A stretch of 64,000 bases of DNA from Candidatus Latescibacterota bacterium (lineage in GTDB: Bacteria > Latescibacterota > UBA2968 > UBA8231): contig CBDCXV010000011.1 of assembly GCA_965223905.1 (NCBI GenBank), forward strand, positions 672,001-736,000, in the 5' to 3' direction. Position numbers and translations under genes: made by a program. How positions within the stretch are numbered: the first letter of the stretch is position 1; every line of letters begins with the position of its first letter. The notes under the pieces were generated by a model. It had not been told where the DNA came from. It did no database searches and saw only the letters and a program-made list of their open reading frames with translations. Shown here in pieces: positions 21,901 to 31,100 of this stretch.

Positions 21901-22282
21901 GTTCGGTGAGCTGTGGTTCGAGACGGCCGTCGACCCGAGCTCGTCGGATTACCCGCGTCGGTTCACCTCGGGGTACAGCGAGGGCTGGCAGGGTTTGACC
22001 AACGGGTTGGAGTACACCTTCGAGGTGCGGACGGTCAACGAGGTGGGGACCAGTGCCCTCGCCCGGGTCACGGCCACGCCCCGGGGGTCTCCTCCTCCCC
22101 GGCCGGTGACGGTCACCTACGGGGCGTCGTCCTACGCGGCGCAGGAAGGGGGCGAGGCGGCGACGGTGCGGCTTTCGGCGCCGGCGTCTCAGGCGCTGCG
22201 CATCCCGATTGCGGTCAATCCCCCGTCGGGGGACTACAGCCGTGATCCGGGCAGCGGCCACCCCTTGTCCTTCTCCCGTTGA
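18905..22282 (+). CDS. M6-like metzincin protease B4 with FN3, cadherin-like and further FN3 domains; 3' end apparently cut by IS remnant
   Basis: Uninterrupted 1125 aa; HAHEIGHLLGLYH, WGLMQG, PINPFY; FN3 (GLTNGxxYxFEVRA) x3; breaks off within a repeat also found in the 25121 protein. Confidence 0.9.
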   Translation: MSRPFLCIALLPLLWASSVEAAGSRNTWRSPTTLDVVLVTFQDATTGTGVYHLHDRPYGTNPGEPADSSYTLRDFERLFSGGYGVLPDFVGTNQTVGGGHVLPEVFGSVRAYFDSVSNGMFQLNVRMINPTDEDGYPRWIELPETKAHYAEISSTLSRRRTFFNGLYATAMDSVRCWNPTPFPTDPDPPTCGRNSAVTGYAITDIGPDNTVAQRRRHKVVYLYSGATFKGRSPAGLLHPQADWHTRTTPGMADDVGYRYVMGEREGSHRNDNRTIDEFAPIFTHAHEIGHLLGLYHGGGLKNGPNPYMPDSTYMNDGAANLLDWGLMQGDGAGPVVVNRGYHSVYRSCPNPINPFYLMDLEWIDPTEVIEIIGNQDDYEIAPGTVHLIDRGAHEYLLERRAHDGIDGISFGRYLLYHEYDEDPGLFIWRRETLPRSTTARERAQPLLIVADGRRIRDARDNEPTRDIHRYQDMLFDPFPVVGDTTFMIGTTTFTQGPVNEVYDNMGGAGLRQTTATGRDGGEQTDPMEVGFALTNITRIDVPDGADEITVDVIFLPRAPANLTVEAGDGSAILTWNDPDDFTLDRWEYRQGGSGWVEVPVDDDQLIRVEATGTLSYTVMGLTNGEMYSFEVRAHNAAGWGAGSGPFEVTLNTAPEVMGEASPSFDEDSESTVATYTATDAEGDAITWSLTGADAAAFSPPSDATGNSFDLSFRSPPNYENPTDANLDTVYEVTVVATDDGMPPLDASYPVTVPLNNVDEEGTVTLSTTTPLVGHPLGSALGEPDGGVTDLRWQWQRRLSGTKRWEDVSSSRARSEEFHQGQGYTPKPGDVGYELRATVGYTDVHGPGKRAQSPESAPVVDVPSAPRNLEAAAGNARVDLRWDPPLTDNGSALRGYGYRYGSGGSWTPGTLGLTPSHTIDQLTNGTAYTFELWAVNGAGNSDPTSVTSTPLGVPDPPVLSVEEGDGRVRLRFVLGSDNGSGITRRDTRVYRLVDGARLWPFGELWFETAVDPSSSDYPRRFTSGYSEGWQGLTNGLEYTFEVRTVNEVGTSALARVTATPRGSPPPRPVTVTYGASSYAAQEGGEAATVRLSAPASQALRIPIAVNPPSGDYSRDPGSGHPLSFSR

Positions 22283-22365
22283 CGATCCCGGTTCTTTGGT
22301 CGAAGGAGAGGCCTGAACCATCGTCGCGTCCATGATAGTACCCTCCCTGACCAGCAAACCCCGGT
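22265..22365 (-). mobile_element. IS5-family transposase remnant
   Basis: Minus strand reads GLLVREGTIMDATMVQASPSTK/NRDRQRE, matching the IS5 'GTIVDAT...PSSTKN' motif. Confidence 0.7.
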
Positions 22366-22429
22366 ACGAGGGTCGGGACTCCCGGTGCATCCAGGGGGAT
22401 CGAGCTGGTGATCTGCTATGTGTGAGGTG

Positions 22430-22678
22430 TGTCGCAAAATGCGACTCGCGTTCCAAATTGCAACACATTCCCCGTCCTGCTTCTTATTCTTTTCTATAAC
22501 TTATTGATAAACAAACAGTTGCAGTTTCTTCTGCCACAGGGCATTCGGTCTTCGGAGCGATGTACGTGTCGCATTCTGCAACGCTTCCCCAAATCTTGCA
22601 AGGAGACTCACATACGATATAACTCTTGCATTTGCAATAAGTTAGTCCGCTTTCTAACAGATTGGCACAGGATTTGCA
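22430..22678 (+). promoter_or_regulatory. sigma54 promoter module 1 (UAS palindromes, IHF site, -24/-12)
   Basis: TTGGCACAGGATTTGCA at 22662-22678; IHF-consensus TAACTTATTGATA at 22497-22509; palindromic TGTCGCAAAATGCGAC at 22430 and related site at ~22567. Confidence 0.85.
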
Positions 22679-22741
22679 GACAAGTCTTGATATGCAAGAC
22701 TCTTCCCGTCGCTGCTGAACGATTGAGGAGAGGAAAACACC

Positions 22742-22900
22742 ATGGAAACGAAAAGATGATGGAAACGAAAAAGATGATCAGCCTGACCCTGGCCGAGCTG
22801 CTCGCAGTGAGCTGGGCCTGGGGGGCCGTAGCTGCCGACTGTGAGGCCGCGGACTACCTGCCGCCGGCCGTGGGCAACTCGTGTATTTACAAAGATTCTG
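22742..22900 (+). pseudogene. degenerate 5' fragment of partner protein (A5)
   Basis: METKKMISLTLAELLAVSWA...DYLPPAVGNSCIY then loses homology; start region tandemly duplicated (ATGGAAACGAAAA(A)GATG x2). Confidence 0.75.
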
Positions 22901-23203
22901 CCCATTCGGCCATTGGGGATACCAAGGCTGCCCAGGCGGGGCTGATTCTGGAGACGTACGCGGATTCAGCCGGTGACCTCGCCGAGGCGCCGCCGGCAGG
23001 GGTGATCCTGAAAGGCGGTCAGATCGACAGCAGCACGGTGGAGGTGGGCGCCTTTGATGACTCCCTCCTGAATGAAGGAGGAAAAATGAGGCTCCTCCGG
23101 AGAATCTGTGGGTTGAGGAGGGGAGGCCTTGACGATGGGGATAGAGGGTCGAGACGGCCTGCGCGTCGAGGGGATCGATGCGGGATCCCCAATGCGTGAG
23201 GAC

Positions 23204-23452
23204 TGTCGCAAAATGGGACATTCGTTGAAAAATGCGACACATTCCCCGTCCCGTCTCCGAATATTTCCTATAACTTGTTCAAAAACTTACAGTTGAAGTC
23301 TCCCCGCAACAGGGCATTCGGTCGTCGGGCGCGATGGGCGTGTCGCATTTTGAAACACTTCCCGAAATTTTGCCAGGAAACCCACATACGATATAACTCC
23401 CGCATATACCGTATGTTAGTCTGTTTTCAAAAAAATTGGCACAGAATTTGCA
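23204..23452 (+). promoter_or_regulatory. sigma54 promoter module 2 (diverged duplicate of module 1)
   Basis: TTGGCACAGAATTTGCA at 23436-23452; TGTCGCAAAATGGGACA at 23204; collinear with 22430-22678. Confidence 0.8.
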
Positions 23453-24129
23453 AACCGGATCTTAACAAGCAGGGAGGGTACAGCGCGCCCGAACCCGGTG
23501 ATCTACGGATAGGAGAGGTAGGCGCCCAATAGCAGAGATAAAGGGGGCAAGGGGGGATATTTTTGCTCCCAAACAAATTTAGGTATTGGTATTGACAAGG
23601 GCATATTGGCGGGGTTTCTTGTACGGGCCAAGCGAAACCCTTCGCAGTTAGGCGCAATTAAACTTAGGGCGCGGTGTGTAGCGAATGATGGAGTGGGTTT
23701 TGGCAGCGGCGAAGGCGTCCTGTGCTCGTGCACTTCCCCGCGCTCATGCAAAAGGGCCCGAATCACGTAAGCGGTGGCGGTGTCTGGACGCTTGTTTTGG
23801 CAACCAGAGGGTCATCTTGTGTGCGATGATATCAGTAGAGTAGTCCATAACTTGGGACGTGAAATTCAGATGCTTGCCCCGGTACCCATAGGAGGCTATT
23901 CGATGAAATGTCGTGGGATGAGATTGCCAATGTTCATGCTCGTTTTTTGGTTGGCTATTCAGCCGCTGTGGCCGTCCATGAAATCGATGAGCCCGATTCT
24001 CTCCGGTTATTTACTTTGGCGAAGGAGATAATGATGGGAATATTCACATGGGTAGAAATTTTGAGAATACAGCCTACGTACATATGAAATAATAAGCCAA
24101 TGGCGTATTTGCGTGAAAGGAGAAGCATC

Positions 24130-25086
24130 ATGGTGAAACGAATGATGGCTTTTGCACTTCTGAACTGGATTGTTGCTGTTCTGCTGCTGGTCGGCCTGCC
24201 TTCCTGGGGACATGAACCCGACGGGGTGGTCTACGAGGCGTTCGAGTGGCCTCCCGGCATGGAGCCTGTGATTGACGGCGTCGAGGAGCAGTGGTGGCTT
24301 TCTGAGTACGTCATTCCAATCTCGCGGAGCCGAAACGAGGAGGGTGAATTTGCCGACACCACAAACAGCACGGTGTACTCCGAGATTCTGGTGAGCTGGA
24401 GCGACGCCACCAACCGGCTCTACATCATGGAATGGCGATTCGACGATTCATGGACCGAGGGGGATCTATTTCTCCTGAAGCTGGATGGAGATCATGGCGG
24501 CGAGCAAATCTGGTACAGTCCGAAAGAATACGGAGACGCCCGTAGCGATGGATGGAGCAATCGCTACGGCCAGATGTACGCGGTGGAAGTTCCCGAATAC
24601 GGCGAGAGGAACCTGTCCCACTTCACCCCGGCCACCTGGCACATCGAGCACATTGACATCGCGTATTCGTATCCCCGCATAGGGGCGACCATTGGATGGC
24701 CATCCCATTTCGATTTCACTTCGCCGCTGTACATCGAGTCAAGTTGGGTCCTGTGGGATGTTTTCAGATGGAATAACCCGGAAGAGTCCGTCGTCACGGA
24801 CCTGGAAGAGGGCAAGATCATCGGCCTCGGATGGCACCATGTCGACGTGGACGAGAACGATCCCAACATATCCACTGTATGGAGAAGCAGTGGGTGGAAT
24901 GCGGAGATCGATTCGTGGGAATACTTCATAACCGGCGCGACCCTTTCTGATTTTCTGCTTGTGCGAGAAGACATTTTCTATGGCCATACGTTCTGCTTCC
25001 AAGATTGCCCTGACGATGGGTATGAACCCTCCGTTGTAGCTAAGCGATCCTTGGGCGCTATCAAACATTCGTTCCCGGTTCCATAA
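24130..25086 (+). CDS. secreted protein, possible CBM9-like sugar-binding fold, SLGAIK tail
   Basis: Signal peptide; EPVIDG..EQW, LYIMEWRFDD, LEEGKIIGL..VDVD pattern; C-terminal VAKRSLGAIKHSF. Confidence 0.7.
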   Translation: MVKRMMAFALLNWIVAVLLLVGLPSWGHEPDGVVYEAFEWPPGMEPVIDGVEEQWWLSEYVIPISRSRNEEGEFADTTNSTVYSEILVSWSDATNRLYIMEWRFDDSWTEGDLFLLKLDGDHGGEQIWYSPKEYGDARSDGWSNRYGQMYAVEVPEYGERNLSHFTPATWHIEHIDIAYSYPRIGATIGWPSHFDFTSPLYIESSWVLWDVFRWNNPEESVVTDLEEGKIIGLGWHHVDVDENDPNISTVWRSSGWNAEIDSWEYFITGATLSDFLLVREDIFYGHTFCFQDCPDDGYEPSVVAKRSLGAIKHSFPVP

Positions 25087-25120
25087 TCCGTTTAATTCCC
25101 TCTTAAAAGAAAGAAAGAAC

Positions 25121-28100
25121 ATGATTGCCGTTTGGATGTTGCTCGCTGTTGTCGGCTCCACCTCCGTCGTCTGGAGCCAGGACTTTGTGTGTGGTTGGGA
25201 AGGCGATCCCGTCCCCGTCGAGGGCACACGGGGTGGCTCCACGGCTCCCTACGATCCCACCAAGTTCCAGCGCAACACGCAGGAAGTGCTGATTCTGCTG
25301 GGAAAATTTCAGGGGGAAAACGACCGGGCAGTGGTCAATCTGAGCGACCGGTACGGCGCCGACAATCAGAGCTTCACCTCCTTGCTCACCAGGGATCACA
25401 ACGGCAGTCTGACCGACTACTTCCTGGAGATGTCCCTGGACGCTCTGACGCTGACTCCATCGGAGCCGATCAGCACGAAATTCTACGAATCGGACGACGA
25501 TAGTATCGACGATTATGTCGGCTCCGATTGCGAGGACGGCTGGGGACCGGGCGTCGAGAGATTCGTGCGGGAGGTAATACAGGAGGCCGAGGGGGATTTC
25601 GATTTCACCCTAGCCGATGTAGTAGGGGTGGTCACGCCTCCCCAGTTCGGATGGGAATGCGGCCGCAACGGCACCATTTTCAAGAACCTCGCCCTAGAGG
25701 ACGAAGACGGAAACGCCTTTACCGTCGACGGCCTCTCTTCAATCGAAGCGGTGATGACCGCGGACTACCGGACCAGCATGGCATTCATGGTCTCGGTATT
25801 CGCGCACGAGTACGGCCACATCATGGGACTGCCGGAGCTGTACGACCGAGACCGGATTACTCAGCCCGAGGACGGGGACGACCCCATACCCCATGATGAT
25901 GTGAACAGTCTGGAGTCGGCCGGGATCGGCCTCTGGGGCATCATGGGGCAGGGAGGATTGGGATGGAACTTAACCATTAATTCCGGGCCCAATATCATGA
26001 GCGCCTGGTCACGTGCCCAGGTAGGCTGGTCCGTTCCGCAGGTGGTCAACGACGACCGGCTGAACATCCAGCTGGCCGACATCCACCTGCATCGGAACAA
26101 CATGTACAAGGTGCCCATCGCCGAGAACGAGTACTTCCTGATTGCCAACCGGCAGAACCGGCACAGTTCCACCCCGATGCTGGGAAGTTACTACGAAGAC
26201 CTGGCTCCGGGGGAAGGCGGCCTGGCTATATGGCACGTCGACGACAACATTACGGCCTACCCCGACGCCGTGAGACATGAGAAGCACAAGCGGGTCGACC
26301 TGGAATGCGCCGACGGGTTGTATAGCGACCGGGGACATCCGTCTTCGATGCCCGATCCGGTTTCGGGAGGCGACAACCTCGACTTCGACGCCTGCGGTGT
26401 GAGAGACGCCCAGAACAATTGCGATACTGCCCTGGATCAGTATAACGGCAACAACGGCGACGGCATCGACCTGTGGGACGGCCGCGCTCCCCGGGTTCGT
26501 TTCGCTCCTGACACCAACCCCACGACTCATGCGTATGAGAGAAGAAGTTGGGACGGCGCCGCATCCAGTATGCTACACAATCAGAACGTGTTCAGCGGAG
26601 TGCACATCGAAAACATTCGAAAGCTGACGGCCACGCCGGGACGATGTCCTTCGATGTCCGGTTCGCACCGCTCCCGCCGAAGTCTCTGGACAAGGCGGTC
26701 GGTGAGGGTCTCGTCGCTCTGACCTGGGAACCGCCGGACTCGAATCCCGCGATCACCCCGGACCCGGCTCCGGTTGCCTCGTACAAGGTGCGCTACCGGC
26801 CCAGCTCGTCCACGTCCGTTACGGACTGGAACGAGGTGTCGCTGAGCCCCAGCTCCGCTTGTTCAAACTCTATGTGCTCCCACACGGTGACCGGTCTGAC
26901 CAACAATACCGAGTACACGTTCGAGGTGTTCGCCGTATCGGAGGGGCTCTCCGGCGCCACTGGAAAGAACGGCGCGGTCGTGCGCATCAACGGCACGCCG
27001 GAGATCAGCATTTCCGGGAAGGCGGTGGCGAAGTTTCCCGAGGTGATCCGGCCCCAGAGCGAGTGGCCGACATTCGTGGCCCGGTACGAGAAGAGCGGCT
27101 CGTACACCTGGTCCCTGAGCGGAGACGACCACACCCATTTCCGGCTTGAGCCCGAGAACGATACCACCGCAGGGTACCGGGAGCTGCACTTCGTGAAAAC
27201 GTCCGCGCCGAACTTCGAGCAGCCCGGCGACAAGAACACCGACCGGTTGTACCTGGTGACCCTCCACGCCATTCCCGACGGAACCGGGCCGCGCTCTCAA
27301 AATCGCTACATGAAGCCAGTCGTGGTCGAGATCGAGAACGCGGACGATCCCGGCGTCGTCACCCTGTCGAACACGGACCTGCATGCCGGAGACAGGGTGA
27401 CCGCCTCGCTGGCAGACGTAGACCGCGTCAAGGAGGAGACGGTGACCTGGCAGTGGTTCCAGGTAACCTACGTGAACGAGGGGTACAACATGCTTGACCC
27501 TATCCCAGGGGCTACCTCGGCCACGTACACGACGGACGGCGGCGACGTCGGGTTCAAGCTCAGCGCCAAGGCCAACTACATGGACGAGCACATCAAACCA
27601 GACAAGCCGGAGGAAATACACGACGCATACGGCCAAACGGACCTCGTCCGGGGCCCTGTCATTCAGAAGGCGACGGTCCCATTCGCCGAAGGGGGCTCGG
27701 GCACGGTTCATGAATGCGTGGTCCACGACGCGGACGGCAACGTGACGCAGGCGTCCTGGTCTCTGGACCCGGAGCGAAACTTGGATGAAGCCGCCTTTTC
27801 CATCGCAACCACCGGCGAGCTTGCCTTCGTGAGCCCGCCCGACTACGAAAATCCGACTGCGGTCAATCCGTCCGAGGACACGCTTCCCTATCGAAACATG
27901 TACGCCGTGAAGGTGTGGGCCGATGTGAACGGCATCCGGGTCAGCGGAACCATCAACGTGAACGTGACCGACATGGACGAGGACGGAGTGGTCACGATCT
28001 CTCCTGATCCTCCAATCGCAGGACAGCAGTTGAGGGCTACGTTGGTCGATGACGACGGCATCACAGTCGAGCCTTACTGGACCTGGGATCGACAATTTTC

Positions 28101-31100
28101 AGGAACAAGAGGAGGCAGCGATCCTCTTACTATAGAGGAAAGCTCTGTTTTCACTCCCAGCCAAAACTTCATTGGATCTCACTTACAACCAACTGTCAGA
28201 TACAGTGACCGACATGGAGTCAAAACCGTTGTCGGGCCTATGAGCAGCCCCGTGATCTACGTGCCTTCCGAGCCCAGGGAACTGACCGCTACGGCCGGCA
28301 ACGAGGTGGTGGACCTGTCGTGGATCGCTCCTGCCAAGGACAACTATTCTGATATTTCAGGGTATATCCTTCGCTGGGGCAGCGTCCCGGCCACGTCCGA
28401 CGGAAGCATCCCTGGCGACGACGAAATTACCTGGACCACTGTGAACCTGGGGGCGTCAATCACCAGCCATCAGGTGGAGAGCCTGAGCAACGGCACGGAG
28501 TACAGCTTCGAGGTGCGCGCCGTCAACGGGGCGGGGGCGGGGGCCTCCGCGAGCGTCACGGCGACGCCGGAGAGGGACACGCCGGGCCGGGTGGAGTGGA
28601 GCACGACTCAGCCGCAGGTGGGTCAGGAGCTGACGCCGACGCTCATCGACCCGGACAACCCGGCGCTGGCAGAGGCGCGCTGGCGCTGGCGCCGGCAGAG
28701 GTGGTCTCGGTCCGATGCCGGCGATTCGCTGTCGGCGCCGGTCCCCGGGTCGCGCTCCGGTGAATCGAAACTAGGAGTGATCGCCCGCACGCGTCAGTAT
28801 ACGCCCCGGGTGAGCGATCTCCATCAGTGGTTGTGGGTGGAAGTCACTTATACCGACGACTTCGACCGGCACCGGGTAAGCGCGACGGCGTCGAGGGCGG
28901 TGGGACCGGGTCCGCCGTGCGCCCCCGCCAACCTGAAGGCGGCGCCCGGGGATGGGCAGGTGACGCTGACTTGGGAGGCGGGCTGCAACAACGGGGGCAC
29001 CATCGACAGGTATCAATACCGTCGTCTGGACGCGCGGAAATGGGTGCGGGTGCCCGGGGACGGCTCGGCCCGTCGTCAGCAGGTGACGGGCCTGACCAAC
29101 GGGGAGGCGCACACGTTCGAGGTGCGGGCGGGGAACCGGCAGGAGTGGGGTCCTGCCGCCCAGGCCACGGCCACGCCCGCGGCGGCGGAGCGCACGGTGT
29201 CTTTCGCGGCGGCCGCGTATCAGGCGAGTGAAGGGGGGGAGGCGGCGACGGTGACGGTGCGGCTGTCGCCGTCTGCGTCGGAAGCGCTGCGCATCCCGAT
29301 TGCGGTCAATCCCCCGTCGGGCGACTTCACGGTGGCGGGGCTGACGGACGGAGCGCTGTCGTTTTCTTCGGGCGCGGAGCGGCAAACGTTTACGGTCGCG
29401 GCGAACCAGGACGACGACTGGGACGACGAAGAGGTGACGTTGGGTTTCGGCACGCCGCTGCCGGAGGGGGTGAGCGCCGGCGATCCTGCCCGCGCCACGG
29501 TGACCCTGTTCGACGACGACGATGCGCCCGGGGAGGTGACGGTTAGACCGGCGACGGCGCAGGTGGGCACGGAGCTGACGGCGACGCTGAGCGACGCGGA
29601 CGAGGTGGCAGAGGTGACGGGCTGGCAGTGGCATCGGCGGGCCTCGGATCAGGCGGCCTGGACCGCGATTTTGGGGGCCACGGCGGCGGCGTACAGGCCG
29701 GTGTCGGTCGATGCAGGGCAGTATCTGCAGGCGACGGTGAGCTACACGGACGGGCACGGTCCGGACAAGGGGGCCGCGAGCGCGGCCATCGGCCCGGTGA
29801 CGCCCCGTATTACGAGCCTGACGATCGCCTACGGGGACTCGACGTATCGGGCGAGGGAAGGAGGTTCCGTGACGGTGACGGTGAGGCTGTCGGAGGCGGC
29901 AGACCAGTTGCTGAAGATCCCGGTCGCGATCGAGGCGGACGAAGGCACCGAGCCGACCGATTTCAGCGACGATCTGTCCAACGACACGCTGTCGTTCACA
30001 CAACACGTTACTCTGCAAACGTTTACGATCACGGCGAACGAGGATGACGACACGGTCGACGAGAGGGTGCTTCTGGGGTTTGGGGATCTTCCGGAGGGGG
30101 TGGTTGCCGGCACGCCGGCGAGCGCCACGGTGACCCTCGTGGACGGCACCGGCACGGTGACTTTGATCTCAACGACGCCGCAGGTGGGCAGGCCGCTGAC
30201 GGCGGTGCTCACCGACCCGGATGGGGGCATCCATGTGAATACGTGGCATTGGCAGTGGCGGGCCCGGGATACGGACGAGTGGGAGCGCCCCCCCTGCCGA
30301 CGACCCGCTATCCGGGGCTGACCAGCTTTACGCCGCAAGCCGAGCATGTCGGGAAGCGGCTGCGGGTGACAGTCTACTACACCGACGCCCACGGCCCGAA
30401 CAAGAGCGCACAGAGCGGGGTGACCGAACCGGTGACGTCCCCGCCCCTGACGGTTGCCTTCAGCAGCTCCTCGTACCAGGCGACGGAAGGGGGCAGTGCG
30501 GCGACGGTGACGGTGCGGCTGTCGCCGGCGGCGGCGCAGCAGGAAGTCACCCTCCCGATCGTGTTCGATCCCCCCTCGGGCGACTACAGCCACGATCTGG
30601 GCACGGACAACACACTGACGTTCGCCCAAAACGTTTCCACTCAGTCGTTTTCGGTCACGGCGTCCGAGGATGCGGACACGGACGACGAAAGGGTGACGCT
30701 GAGCTTTGGCGCCCTGCCTTCGGGGGTCGTTGCGGGCACGCCGGCAAGTACGGCGGTGACCCTGATCGACGACGACACGCCCGACCCGGGCGATCCGCCC
30801 GATCCGCCGGACACCCCCGGCACGGTGCGCTTGTCGCCGACGTCGCCGGAAGTGGATCAGGAGGTGACGGCCACCCTGGTGGACGTCGACGGCCACTTGG
30901 AGGTGGTGGCCTGGCAGTGGCAGCGGCGGGCGGACGCCAGTTCGGGGTGGGTGAATATCGACCGGTCGGCGCGCATCCCCATTGCGGCCACGTCCCGCTA
31001 CACGCCGTCGTCGGCGGACCGGGGGCAGCAGCTGCGGGCGACGGTCGGCTACACGGACGGGCACGGGTCGGGCAAAAGCGCCCAGAGCGCGGCGACCTCG

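Noticed and set aside
9011-22282. Diversity-generating retroelement
   Set aside because: No reverse transcriptase seen; differences are block swaps and indels, not adenine-specific
22429-23199. 256-aa ORF as a real gene
   Set aside because: Runs through the sigma54 regulatory module; only the A-like fragment from 22759 has homology
23670-23790. Possible further IS66 end remnant (TPSPLPKPTPSF-like peptide, GTAAGCG)
   Set aside because: Similarity too short and weak to call
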